64,000 nucleotides of DNA from Eledone cirrhosa (taxonomy: Eukaryota), in NCBI GenBank assembly GCA_964016885.1, contig OZ024754.1, forward strand, positions 17,298,001-17,362,000. The letters run 5' to 3'. A program made the position numbers and the translations under genes. This document shows positions 27,321-41,828 of this stretch, in pieces. A model generated the notes under the pieces. That model worked only from the letters and a program-made list of their open reading frames with translations, searched no databases and was not told the origin of the DNA. How positions within the stretch are numbered: the first letter of the stretch is position 1; the number at the start of each line of letters is the position of its first letter.

Positions 27321-27382
27321 TAACAGATTAAAGTTTAAGCAAAGAATCGCTGCTTTCACCCTTAACGGGATCTTCTGAAACT

Positions 27383-27414
<32 letters not shown>

Positions 27415-27811
27415 CAAAGATAAGTCAAATTAAATTTCGTATTTGTAGATCATATGTGCTAACAATAAATATGGAAGATTGCTTACCAAGTATTTTTCTC
27501 GGCGTGTTCTTGCAAGGCGTTCAGTAATAATCCAGTTAAATACATATATATATAAATATACAAATGTATATATATATACACATATGTATATATACACACA
27601 TATCTATATCTATATATATATATATATAAATATGTATATATATATACATATGTATATATATATATACATATGTATATATATATATATTTATTAAAATAAC
27701 AGATTAAATATTTAATAAATATTTGCTCTACGGTTCTTATATATTTGATATATATTTTCCTTATCGAGCCCTCTTTGGATTTTAGTCTTCAATTTTATTA
27801 TTATTACTATA

Positions 27812-27866
<55 letters not shown>

Positions 27867-27948
27867 ATATATGCACATGTATATATATATACATATGTAT
27901 ATATATATATGAATATATATATATACACATATGCATATATATACACAC

Positions 27949-27980
<32 letters not shown>

Positions 27981-28274
27981 ATATACATATGTATATATAT
28001 ATACATATGTATACATACATGTATATATACACATATGTAATACACATATGTATACACATATGTATACACATAAGTATATACATACATATGTATATATATA
28101 CACATATGTATATATATACACACATGTATATATATACACTTACGTATATATATATACACATGTATATATACACATATCTATAGATATACATATGTATATA
28201 TATATACATATGTATACATACACATATATATATATATGTACATATATATACATATGTATATATATATACATATG

Positions 28275-28308
<34 letters not shown>

Positions 28309-29167
28309 TATATACATATATATATATAGTTTAATAAATAAACAGAGAACAAAAAAAAGAGGCAGTACAAGTGATATTAGTATTAAACAGATTAAAGTTT
28401 AAGCAAAGAATCGCTGCTTTCACCCTTAACGGGATCTTCTAAAACTAAAAAAAATGAATCTGTGGAGGCAGAAGTAGATATTTCGAAAAACGTTGCAACC
28501 GAAGGAAAACAGGAAGACAATACTCTGGTTCGTGAGGACGTTCCCTGACAATAAACGGAAAAAAAGCGAAGATAATACATCGTTATGTGGAACGATGAGA
28601 ACAATTTCACGCAAAGACACAAAAAACAAAAACCACGTATATGGTATAAATGGAGTTATTAGACTCGTTCGTTTACTATCAATCCGTCATTCAGCTTCTC
28701 AAACTCTCATTTCTTCGTACATTCATTCATTCATTCATTCATTCATAAATGGTGAGCAAACGGGGTCTCACGTGCTGGCCTCCCCACAGGTCCATCGGAC
28801 AGAATGGAGAAGGTGTTTACCCGGAGGATGGTAAGGGGGATGCGCTTGATTAATATTCTATTTAGGAAACCGAGTGATTCACAGCTCCGGAGTTTAAGAA
28901 TAATGTAAATAAATTAGTTGAACGAAATGACAAAGGTTATTAAAATCGTAAAAGTAATAATTGTTTCTAATTTAGGCACAACGCCAGCAATTACCCAATG
29001 CATTACTGGTACTTTATTTTATCGACCCCGTAAGGATGAAAGGCAAAGTTAACCGTAAAAATAATAATAGTTAAGATTTATACAATATATAATTATATAT
29101 TGTTAACGGTGAAAGCAGCGATTCTTTGGTTAAACTTTAATCTGTTACTTTCTAATGAGAGACACGA

Positions 29168-29231
<64 letters not shown>

Positions 29232-31485
29232 GTCCGCCCCTCTACCGATACTGCCAACCCACCGCCAAACAAATAATAATAATGATAAACATAATAATGG
29301 TTTAGATCGATACACACTGATTTCGATCTCGTTTACATTTTGCTCAACAAATTCTTTTGGAACACACGAATGGGAATAATTGTAATACAACATTCCCAGC
29401 CAGAAGCCTAAGCTATGAAAACAGTGTAATTATTGTATCGGTAGATTAACATAAGAAAATGTTAAAGAACTCACAATTTCAGCAATTGAATCAGCCAGTA
29501 TCTTCCTAGTTTAGGACACAAACATTCGCCAGAGTACATGACTCTGTAGCTAAATTGGTACTGTATTGTATACATTTATATATAAAAATTATATACCCCT
29601 TTTGATACCAAATCACCTGAACCCTTTCTGCTTCAATAACACAAAATTGTTTGTTTTAACATGTTTATATTTATCTAAAAAAAAAAACACCATCATAATA
29701 TAATTTTATGTAAGAATCTTTGTTAAGTTTGCTTCAAACATCAATTTAATTATGATAAAGTTAGTTATATTACTAAATCTTTCCGAATTCCAGATATTTT
29801 CAAAATTAATTGAAAATAGATAGACATAGTCTTTTATTAGGAATATGGTAACGAGAGGGTTAATGACATAGGTAGTGTCTCTCATTAGAAATATGGTAAT
29901 GAAGAGGTTAATGACATAGGCATCACTCTCTCAAGTTGTCAATAAGATCGAGCAACAAACCATCTCAAGAATACAATATATGTCTGTCATTGCTATTACA
30001 CCACGACATAAGGGCGGGGTATAGGCAGAATCATTAGTGCATTAGATGAAATACATTGTAGTATTTCGTTACGATATCCTACGTTCTGGTTTTAAATCTC
30101 ACCGAGGTCAACTTAGTCTTTGGTCATTCCTGGGTAGAGAAAGATACGGTACCAGTCAAGTACAAAGATCAATTTAATCGTTAGTGGGGTAAAGTGGCTA
30201 CAATTAGGATTCGAAAATGTGTTGCGGACTCTAGGTCGCTGGAAATTTAGTTGTATTTTATAACGATCCACAACTTTCAATATCTAAATTAGTTAAGATA
30301 GAGCAGAGAATGTTGATCGAAATGTGATACCTCTCCCACACAAAAACACGAAGGCCACTTAATTCACATGTTAAGTAATTTTAGTATTGAAACAAACAAC
30401 AGTTCTAAAATAAGTATGTTAAAGTAAAACAACATAATACTAAGAATAAGTAAGGAATTTAATTCCTCGTGTAGTATTCTAACAATAAATCAGAACATCG
30501 TTTGCAAAGTTGAATGAATGTGTGATCCTAAATTTCCTTTCTTCATTATAGCTTCTATTAGTTTTAATAAAATTGTAATGTTCTAACAAGATGTCTATGT
30601 GAAAATGACACAGAATAATTTAACTATGAAATAAAAGTGCAACATTATGTTTTGAACAAGTAGCTTAAAATAACTAAGGGAAGTTGAACTGAATAGGTTG
30701 GAGACGTGTATTTGCTAAATTACTTAATGATGGTGTACACAACATTATTGGGCTTTAAGCAGTGGATCGGCAACAGAAGCACATTCATCGATTTGCATAC
30801 GCCTTTAGTGATCAACAAGAATCCAGGACAGCAGTATAATTTCAAGCAGTATAATTTCAAGTTTGATAAATGCAAATGGTTTCAGTAAAATTACCTTTAA
30901 TAACAAGTTACAACCACAACACTTGTTTTTATTTCATATCTACTGTCATCACCAGAAGTTTTCTGGACGTTCACCTCTTGAGATCACTTCCCAGGGCTAA
31001 AACGATAGCCTATAGTAGATTTTGTTACACTAACGAAATCTATCTCGTAGAATCAACCAAAGAAGCTTCTACGCAGCTATTCAATCGGAGTTTCTGTTTC
31101 CCTAGATGGATCGGGGAACAACGTCTCGCTTACATGTGGGTGATTTGAGATGATGGGGTATAATTTGGGACGACGAGGGTGCTATTTGAGCCGATGGGGG
31201 TACGATTTGAAGGAGATTTAGCTCTAACTTTTAGCGAAAGAATTCCGCGTTGACTCAAATAGGAACTAGTGACATACAGAAATCACCTCAATCAATTTTA
31301 GTCAAGTAAATTACAAAAAACAAAATCAATACAGCAAACATAATAACTGGAACAGTTGAGCTACCAAGGGTTAACGACTTACGAAAAGAATTATTTTCTT
31401 TAAATATATTATATTATTCTATTGTTTTCTTTTAATTTCTTATTGTTTTTATGAGCATGTTCGGAAAAGTGTGAGTGTGTTATTT

Positions 31486-31606
<121 letters not shown>

Positions 31607-33423
31607 GTGGGAAGATATATGTAAATAAGATGTGGGGCCCCAGCCCATCTAAGGGGTCAGTAGCACCGATTGAATATGATAGACAGTCCAACACTTGCCT
31701 GCAGAGATAACGGACATTAGGTATGTATGCACGTCTCTCTCTCTCTCTCTGTATACATATATAGTCAGTCACCTTCTCTCGGCTAGCCTCCCACTATAAC
31801 TATCTCTTTCTCGCTTCCTCGCACTTTCACTCACTCACTCTCTGCTACTCACCCTCTCTCTCACTTCCTCCATCGTCCAGTACTGTACGCGGTCTCTCTT
31901 CTCGCTAACACTGCTACGATCAAGACGCTGTCTTTTGTCTCTCGTCAAAATTCGCCAGTTCTTATGTTCGAAATTAATTGTTGACTTGATATATTTCCTA
32001 ATTTTCCTCTCTTTACGTTGCTTCACCCTTCCTGTCTGTTTACATGTTTTTCTCTTTCTCCCCCCACCTTTTCTTTTATCCCAATAACTTATTTTAGTTA
32101 TTGTTTCGCCCCAAGCTGAGGTATCTTGTCTCTAACGCGAAGAAATACCTATGATTCCTAGCAGACAACTGATGACGGATAATCCTTTATTTCGCCCGTA
32201 ACTTTTATTTTTTCATTATACTTAATTGCAACAACACAGCTCGCCATTTTGATTTACACACACACACACACACATATATATTTCCGGCCGTTTATATATA
32301 TATATATAGTTCCAGATGTGTTTCTTCCACATTATCCACACAACAAAACCAAATGGTTAAGAAGTTCGCCGCTTCGCAATCATTAGATTCCGAGTTCGAT
32401 CCGGTTGAGTGGCATCTTGGGCAAGAGTCATTGACGATAGCTTCAAGTTGACCCATGTCTTGTGGTTGGACGGATAGTGTATGAAAGCTCACCGGGTTTA
32501 CTGTACCTGTAGTTCAAAAGAGCCCAGTCTTGTTATAATTTTCCCTGCTAAATCTCTCCGGGAATTACGTTAAGGGTACACGTGTCTGTGGAATAGTGGA
32601 ATACTCAGCCACTTACACTACAATACACGATGGAATGTACATGTAATTCAAAGGGCTGGGGAATCTTTATATCCCACATGTCTGTGGTATGCTCAGCAAC
32701 TAACACTTAAATTTCACAAGTTGGCTCTTCCCGTTGAACGAATAACTGGAACATTCATAGTCAAAAGTGACGGAGATCCCCATCAAGTGTGTGCTTAACG
32801 TGCGCGGGTACATGTACAATGTCTCAAGTCCTTCACCTAACATTTCCAGTTGGCTGTTGAATCATTTCACCGGTTTCTTTTACTTATTTTTTTCCTCCCG
32901 GCTGTTTATAAAGTGCCTCTTACTGTTGATCATTTCTATGGCTTCGTATTATAAGCTATAACAATACTTCTACCTTACTTCATTGAATGCCATTCTTTTA
33001 TTTGCTTTGCTTATCTAACCTAATATGTCTCTTTCATTCTTATCGCAACCTCCCACCTTATCTTTCACTTTCTTTAACTCAGCATCAGTCTTCATAATTC
33101 ATATAAATTGTACTATTATGTTCATATATCACTATATCAATGGGTTTGTCTATTACACCTGGTTAGTGTTCGGCTCACAATCGTGAGGTTGTCAGTTTGA
33201 TTCCCAGTGGCGTGTTATATAATTCAGCAAAACAATATTATTCCTTGATGCTCCAGTACATTCAGCAGTATATATATATATGTATATATGAACATATACA
33301 TATATATATATATATATATGAACATATACATATATATATATGAACATATACATATATATATATATATATGAACATATATATATATATATATAAACATATA
33401 CATATAAATATATATATATAAAC

Positions 33424-33464
<41 letters not shown>

Positions 33465-33529
33465 CATATACATAGATATATATATATATATATAAACATA
33501 TACATATATATATGTATATATATATGAAC

Positions 33530-33594
<65 letters not shown>

Positions 33595-33625
33595 CATATA
33601 CATATATATATATATATATATGAAC

Positions 33626-33682
<57 letters not shown>

Positions 33683-33884
33683 CATATACATATATATATA
33701 TATATATATATATGAACATATACATATATATATGAACATATACATATATATATATGGAAAGTTATATTTAAATTGTTGGGTTACAACTAGTAAATATTTA
33801 TAACTGATATAAAAGCACTCGACAAATATTTGGAGTATATTTACAATATTAAATAAATGGAAACTATATTTATAAAACCATATT

Positions 33885-33950
33885 TATTTCATTATATATA
33901 TTTCAGGGATATCATATTAACAATATGCTATGCCTTCCTCAGACAAAATA
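33885..33950 (-). ncRNA. Hammerhead in downstream pLTR (identical copy 37741-37806 -)
   Basis: TATTTTGT-CTGAGGA-AGG...CATATT-gtt-AATATG...CCT-GAAA-TATATATA-ATGAAATA, on the ORF sense strand. Confidence 0.8.
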
Positions 33951-35346
33951 CAATATAAACAGTTTTATAGATAAATAGATTCGACATACCGTAACAACAT
34001 CGACTTGTATTTGAAAAGGTTGATTTGGTAGTGAAAAAATTGTACACAGAGAGAAAGAAAGAGAGAAAAAAGGAAAGAAAGACAGAAAACGAAGAAAAAG
34101 AAGAAAAAGAAGAAATGCATGGAACAAAATAGAGAGATGGAAAGATAGATAAAGAGAAGAACTTCATGTAAAGAAACAGAAAGAGATATATATATATAGA
34201 GAGAGGGGAAATAGAGATAGATACATATATATAGAAAACTAGGTAGTGGGACGTCTGTTGAATAACGTATCAATGATACATTTATTTATTTATTTATTTA
34301 TTTAGCTCTAGTATTAATGTAAGGGAGATATATGGAGAGAAACCAGCTGTTATATAGAGAGAGAAAAAAATATATAGAGAGAAAAAATATAGAGAGAGAA
34401 AAAATAACCAGACACAGGCGAGGCGTAAAAAACCTCTGTTTTAATGTAGAGGTATTAGTATTTACAAAACCAGCCACTACATTGTAAATATCAGTATTCC
34501 TGAATGAGACATGTATCCACAATGTGTGAAAATTAATGATCTTATGTTTAGTTTTTTTTAAAAATTCATATGTTTATGTGATAATTACAAACATCTATGT
34601 GAATCTACATGATCAACTCTGCAAACCCTAAGTTCACGGAAAACATTCTCAATGTGGTATAAAAATTTAAGTATACATATATGTGTATATATATACACAC
34701 AAATATATATAGAGTCAATATTACTATTTCTGTCTTTACTCCACAAGATTATCTATCAAGCAAAAATAGAGCAGATTTTAATATACTAATAAAAATTAAA
34801 ATATATCAGAAACAAAACTAAAAATAACAATAATAATAATAAGTAATAATAAAATAGAAAACTAAAAAATATTACGAAAGAATATTACATATTAAAAATA
34901 TTACATATTAAAAAATTTACATATTAAAAATATTAAAAATATTAAAAATAAAAATATTAGGAAATACTACAATAATAAAAATAAAATAAACCACAAAGAT
35001 CAACCCTTCAAAATTAATTGACAATATATTGCCAAGTTCATTATAAACATCAGAGTCGAAAAACAGATAAAGCCAAAAATTATCTATCAAATCGCATCTA
35101 GCAAAGATCATTTCAAAAAGTTTAGGATGCCCAATTTGGTCTACATGTGTTCTTATATTTAATATAGAAGTTTATCTAGTGTAACGTTTATTCGAAATAT
35201 TTGGAGCATCAACTTTTAGGGTAGCTTAATCTTTCATGAAGAATGTTTAAATAAAAATAAAAATAAAATAAAAATAAAAAGAATAAAAAGAGAATCAAAG
35301 ATTTATCGGCTAGTTTCCCATATAATTATAAATCAAACTAAATATA

Positions 35347-37562
35347 CTACATTTTAAATTTAAATTTATATTTAAACGTTGAGTTTAATCTATGTTTGCA
35401 ACAACTGAATAAATTTGTCCGTAGATTAAGGGAATTTTTAGATTTTAGTATAAAGAATATCTCCTCTGCGCAGAGGTCACATGTCTCAGAGGATGAATTA
35501 AAAGGAATCCCTCTTGAGACTATATTCCAAGCCGTCGAATATCTAACGTTATCTAGCTTAAGTTGCCATAGTACGCCTGATAGTGCCGTTGAAGATTTTT
35601 TGCTTGGATCTGTGAAAGAATTCTTGTGGTTATTATAGCGAAGTTTAAATTCCGTCGATGTGGAACCGACGTAGTTAAAAGAATTAGAGTCAGTATTAAC
35701 ATTACAATTGTATACTATATTTTTAACTAAGCAGTTGTTATTTAACGGACATTTAGATCTATCTCTACAGTTACATTTCTTAACTTGTATATTATTTATG
35801 CTATTATCACTAGGTTTTTAAGTTCCTATTATTTATTCTATTGATATTTTGTGCTAAATTTTTGGTGGATGAGTAGGTTAATTTTATTGTATGTCTATTG
35901 AAAATTGAGTGATATCTATGTGTTCTAGGGAAGCGATTATCAAGAGCTTTAAAAAATAGTTTAGCGATGTGGGTTTTAATGTTTAGTGAGAAAGGGGGGG
36001 CAAACCAAATTATGTTCCTAGTTCTATTTCTTTTTTGGCCTTTGGAATTATTGTAATGCTTTCTATTATAGTTGTTAAGGATGTTGCCGTAATTAAAAAA
36101 AGTTGTTACTTTGTTTAGTTTGTCTATCATTATCTATGTACACAATCTTATCAGCATATCCTGCTCTAGCTAATGCTTCATTGTAGTATTGGGCTTTTTC
36201 GTCGAAAATCTTTCTATTCGACGAGATCCTAGAGATACGTTTTTGAACAGAGTTTACTATAGTGTTTTTGACAGATCTGGGGTGGTTAGAGTTAAAGTTT
36301 ACATAGTTTAAGTTTTCATTCAACTTGTGAAAAGGATAGTGAAGACATGTGTTGAGATTTAATGTTATATCTAGGAAATTGACTATTTTATGGTTGTTCT
36401 CAATTTCTATTTTAAGATTAAAGTAATTAAAAAATTGTGTAATTTGTTTACATTTTCTATTTAGTTCAGAGTTATTATTATCAATAAGTAAAAGCATGTC
36501 GTCTCTATATAAACCTCCGGTAGTACCGGGTATTTTCCTATGTAGCGAATTGATTAAAAATAAGCCCACAAGGTCAGTTACCTGGGCTGAGTCGGATGAT
36601 CCCATAGTAATGTCAAAATTGCTATTTCTATCTGCTCTGGTCCATAGTTGGTCATTAAATTCTATCAAAGTTTTCCTAGCCGATAATATAATATGCATTT
36701 CATTGCTAGTTAGGTCAGTATGTTTGAATGCGTAATTTAGTGCCTTATTTAGTAGATTAGGGGTAATAGAAGAATAATAGTTAGCTATATCAAGTTGAAT
36801 AAACTTATTATTATTGTTATATTTAATTTGCTTAAACCACTCAACAACCTCTCCAGTTCCCTTCCACAAGCTCAGGTTAGATAAACAATCCAAGTTCTTA
36901 AGTTGCTGTATCACCCTGTCAAGAATGTTTTTGCTTAATTTGCCCAGGTCCGATTTTGATGGTGCGATCAATCTAACTGGCAGGTCATTTTCAAAATTCC
37001 GCTTGTGATCTTTCATATTGATCTTCGGTTTCCTGGGCACGAAAGGTTGTGTTCTGTTCTCAATTTCCAACTCGTGCATTATACAAGATGCTTCGACATT
37101 CATTTTCTCAAGCTCGGCCTTATCTGCTACCTTGTACTTTTTCCTCAGCTCTTTCAGTATGAGGCCATTATACATATCTTTCTGCACTCCATAGAGGTTG
37201 TTGGTCTTGTCAGATTTCACCAAGATCTTCTCAGTTTTCTCTAAGCTCTCAATGTTATCCTTAATGCCTTTCAGATATTCCTGGCCTTTGAAGTTTCTCT
37301 TGAATTTGACCCCTTGTATGATAGAAATTATATCGTTTTCAAAGTCAGATAAAAGTTTGTTAGGGGGTGGATTTCTTTTAGATTTGAAAACTTTGTTTAA
37401 GTCCGAGACATTTTCGTTTGTATTAGATTTATCAAAGTGGAATGCTCGCCACCTGATTCTCCTTATAAAAGAGTCAGATTTATCTATTAATTGTTTTATA
37501 AAGTCTTTGTTTCTAGGTAGAGGTATGTCTTTTAAAGAGGAAGTAATCTTAAAGAATTCCAT
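35347..37562 (-). CDS. PLE polyprotein (RT + Cys-rich linker + GIY-YIG), ~738 aa if two homopolymer frameshifts are corrected
   Basis: SLKDIP, SDKT, FIQLDI, FDITMGS, GGLYRDD, IIWFAPPF, CNCRDRSKCPLNNNCL, IVY..YVGST, CDLC, CCKH. Confidence 0.88.
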
Positions 37563-38539
37563 TTTTCCAGTTATAATATAAAGCGCTCAACAGTATTGGA
37601 GCAAGATATATGGAAAGTTATATTTAAATTGTTGGGTTACAACTAGTAAATATTTATAACTGATATAAAAGCACTCGACAAATATTTGGAGTATATTTAC
37701 AATATTAAATAAATGGAAACTATATTTATAAAACCATATTTATTTCATTATATATATTTCAGGGATATCATATTAACAATATGCTATGCCTTCCTCAGAC
37801 AAAATACAATATAAACAGTTTTATAGATAAATAGATTCGACATACCGTAACAACATCGACTTGTATTTGAAAAGGTTGATTTGGTAGTGAAAAAATTGTA
37901 CACAGAGAGAAAGAAAGAGAGAAAAAAGGAAAGAAAGACAGAAAACGAAGAAAAAGAAGAAAAAGAAGAAATGCATGGAACAAAATAGAGAGATGGAAAG
38001 ATAGATAAAGAGAAGAACTTCATGTAAAGAAACAGAAAGAGATATATATATATAGAGAGAGAGAGGAAATAGAGATAGATACATATATATAGAAAACTAG
38101 GTAGTGGGACGTCTGTTGAATAACGTATCAATGATACATTTATTTATTTATTTATTTATTTAGCTCTAGTATTAATGTAAGGGAGATATATGGAGAGAAA
38201 CCAGCTGTTATATATAGAGAGAAAAAAATATAGAGAGAGAAAAAATATAGAGAGAGAAAAAATAACCAGACACAGGCGAGGCGTAAAAAACCTCTGTTTT
38301 AATGTAGAGGTATTAGTATTTACAAAACCAGCCACTACATTGTAAATATCAGTATTCCTGAATGAGACATGTATCCACAATGTGTGAAAATTAATGATCT
38401 TATGTTTAGTTTTTTAAAAAAATTCATATGTTTATGTGATAATTACAAACATCTATGTGAATCTACATGATCAACTCTGCAAACCCTAGGTTCACGGAAA
38501 ACATTCTCAATATACATATATATATACATATATATGTAT

Positions 38540-41352
38540 GTATATATATATGTATATCGCATCTCAGAGTTGCAAAACTTAATGTTGACACTCTCAGAGG
38601 TAGATCTGCTGAAATAGCGGAGATGCTGGAGAGAAGGCATGTGGATGTGTGCTGCGTGCAAGAGGTGAGATGGAGAGGTGCCTCTGCGAGTCTAGTCGTG
38701 GGCAAATATCTTAGCTACAAGCTTTTCTGGGTAGGTAAGGATGATGGGTTAGGGGGAGCAGGCATTTTCCTGGCTGAGAGATGGATCAATAAGACAATAG
38801 AGGTAGTTCGAGTTAGTAATCGAATAATTAATCTTAGATTAGTTGTAGGCAGGAGACTACTGACAATCATCTCTGCCTATGTTCCTCAAGCAGGCCTAGG
38901 CAAAGATGAGAAAGACTGCTTTTACGAGCAACTTTTACAAACAACCGCAATGACAGAGGACGGAGACATTGTTATGCTAGCAGGGGACTTCAATGGTCAT
39001 GTTGGACAGCTCCAGGATGGTTACACTGGGGTACATGGTGGGCACGGTTACGGCTCAATAAATGAAGAAGGAGTGAGACTTCTTGAATTTTGTGATGCAA
39101 GTACACTGACTATTTGCAACACAAACTTCCAGAAACCTGCCAACCACCTAATAACCTACAAATCTGGCGAGCACATAAACCAGATTGACTTCTTACTAGT
39201 TAGGCAGCGGGACAGGCAGATAGTGTCTAATACCAAGGCATACCCTGGGGAAGAATGTACCCCACAGCATAGGTTAGTCGTTAGTGATATCTCAGTAAGC
39301 AAGAGATGGAATGAGACATACAGGAAGGTGTGGAGAAGAAAGGTCTGGAAGCTAAAAGACCTTTCACTAAAATTCAAATTTAGGAAAGCCCTTCAAGATG
39401 TTTATGATCAAAAAGAAGACGATTTAGAGAAGTATGACATAGATAATAACTGGAATTTCTTACGTGACAACTTACTGCAGGCCACTGATGAAACTCGTGG
39501 CTGGAGCAGAGCTCCAACCAGACAGAGAGTGACCTGGTGGTGGGACAGCACAGTAGATAAGGCCATTAGAGACTAGCATGGAAGGCTTGGAAAAAGGGTG
39601 GGAGTAGGAAAGAATATACAGCCGCTAAGAGAGAAGCAAGACGTCAGGTGTACTTAGCACGCAGGGAGGCTGAAAGTAGGAAGTTTGCCAATGTTCGCGA
39701 CGGGAAGATCAGAGGCGTGCGGTGTTCCACATTGCAAGGCAGTGTGTCAATGCAAATCAGGATGTTGTTGGAGATAAATGTGTCCGGAACGATGCCGGTG
39801 TACTTTGTGTCACGAATGATCAGAAAAAGGAGGTCTGGTGCAGCAGTATTCTCATAAATTGCTACAAAGGTAAAGGGGATGCTCTGGAGAGGAGCAATTA
39901 TAGGGGTATAAAACTGATGGATCAGGTTATGAAAGTGGCAGAAAGGATATTAGCACAACTAATTAGAGAAAGGGTCAAACTAGATGAGATGCAGTTTGGT
40001 TTTGTGTCTGGGAAGAGTACAACAGATGCCCTCTTCTTGGTGAGACAATTGCAAGAGAGGTTCTTAGAGAAAAATAAGCCACTATACTTAGCCTTTGTTG
40101 ACCTAGAGAAGGCCTTTGATAGGGTACCCTGATCTGTCATCTGGTGGTCCCTTAGGAAACTAGGTGTTGAGGAATGGCTTGTGAGGACAGGGAAAACTGT
40201 GTACAGAGGTACTCTCAGTAAAGTCAGGGTAGGAATGGAGTTTAGTGAGGAATTCCAGATACAAGTAGGAGTACATCAAGGTTCGGTCCTCAGCCCGCTC
40301 TTGTTCATTATAGTCCTCCAAGCCATAACAGAGGAGTTTAAGACTGGCTGTCCATGGGAACTTCTCTATGCTGACGATCTGGTTCTTATAGCAGAATCAG
40401 TAGAGAAGCTAGAGAATAAATTCTGGCTATGGAAAACAGCAGTTGGAAGCAAGAGCACTGAGAGTGAACCTAGCTAAGACAAAAGTGTTGATGAGTAGAA
40501 AAGAGGACAAAACTCTGATTCCGTCAGGGAAATGGCCATGTTCGATATGCAGAAAAGGAACTGGCATAAATTCTATAAAATGCACACAATGCAGATCTTG
40601 GGTACACAAGAGATGTAGTGGGATAGCAGGCAAACTAACAGGTAGTGAGAAATATGTATGCAGTAGATGTACAGGGAAATTAGACAGTAGAAGTCGCATT
40701 GATAGACACATTTTTCAAATGCAGGCGGGTGCTATAGAAGTGGTGGATAGCTTCCGGTACCTAGGAGATCAGATTAGCATTGGAGGGTGCGTTCCGAGGC
40801 CATAGTATCTAGAATAAGGACGGGTTGGAAGAAGTTTAGGGAGCTGCTTCCTCTGCTGGCGAAGAAGGGTTTCTCCCTGTGTACGAAAGGCCGGTTATAT
40901 GATGCATGTGTGAGGAGCGCGATGTTGCATGGTAGTGAGATATGGGCAGCAACTGCAGAGGATATGAGGCAAGCATGCTCCGTTGGATGTGCAATGTCAA
41001 TGTGTGTGAACGACCCAGCATGGATGAGTTGAGAGAGAAACTGTGTCTGAGAGGGATAGAATGTAGTGTACGGGAGAGGAGACTGAGGTTGTATGGACAT
41101 CTGATGCGCATGGAGGATGACCGATGGGTAAATAAGTGCCAGGAAATGCCAGTTGAAGGAAGACGTGGTAGAGGTAGACCACGAAAAACATGGGCGGAGG
41201 TGGTGAGAACAGACCTCAGATCGCTGAAGCTCACGGTGGAGATGACGAAGGACCGTGAAAAGTGGAGAGAAGCTGTGCTGAATAAGACCCGTCCCACCCT
41301 TGCAAGCAGGGAAGAGCGGACGTAAAATGATGATGATGATGATGATGATGAT
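38540..41352 (+). mobile_element. RTE-group LINE (APE + RT), degraded, (GAT)n tail
   Basis: [63 protein letters not shown]. Confidence 0.93.
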
Positions 41353-41461
41353 GTATGTGTATATATGTATGTATATATATATGCACGTATATATATATAT
41401 GTACGTATATATATATGTACGTACATATATATATATGCATATGTATATATAAATATATATG

Positions 41462-41552
<91 letters not shown>

Positions 41553-41782
41553 TAGAAATATAAGCTATCGCCGTATTTTGACTAAAGAATTTAAAGAAAT
41601 TATTTAGCCTGATAGTGGGGTTAAGAACCCTCGGAGAAATGGAAAAAGATGAGTATTGATGTTTCTCCGAGGGTTCTTAACCCCACTATCAGGCTAAATA
41701 ATTTCTTTAGTCAAAATACGGCGATAGCTTATATTTCTAATTTCAAACTCGCTCGTTGTTTCGAAAATATTCTTACATATAT

Positions 41783-41828
<46 letters not shown>

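Larger units (their letters stand above)
33750..38511 (-). mobile_element. Near-complete Penelope-like element with direct pseudo-LTRs (33750-34653 and 37606-38511)
   Basis: ~905-bp near-identical direct repeats around one RT+GIY-YIG ORF; both ends abut TA-rich microsatellite. Confidence 0.93.
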
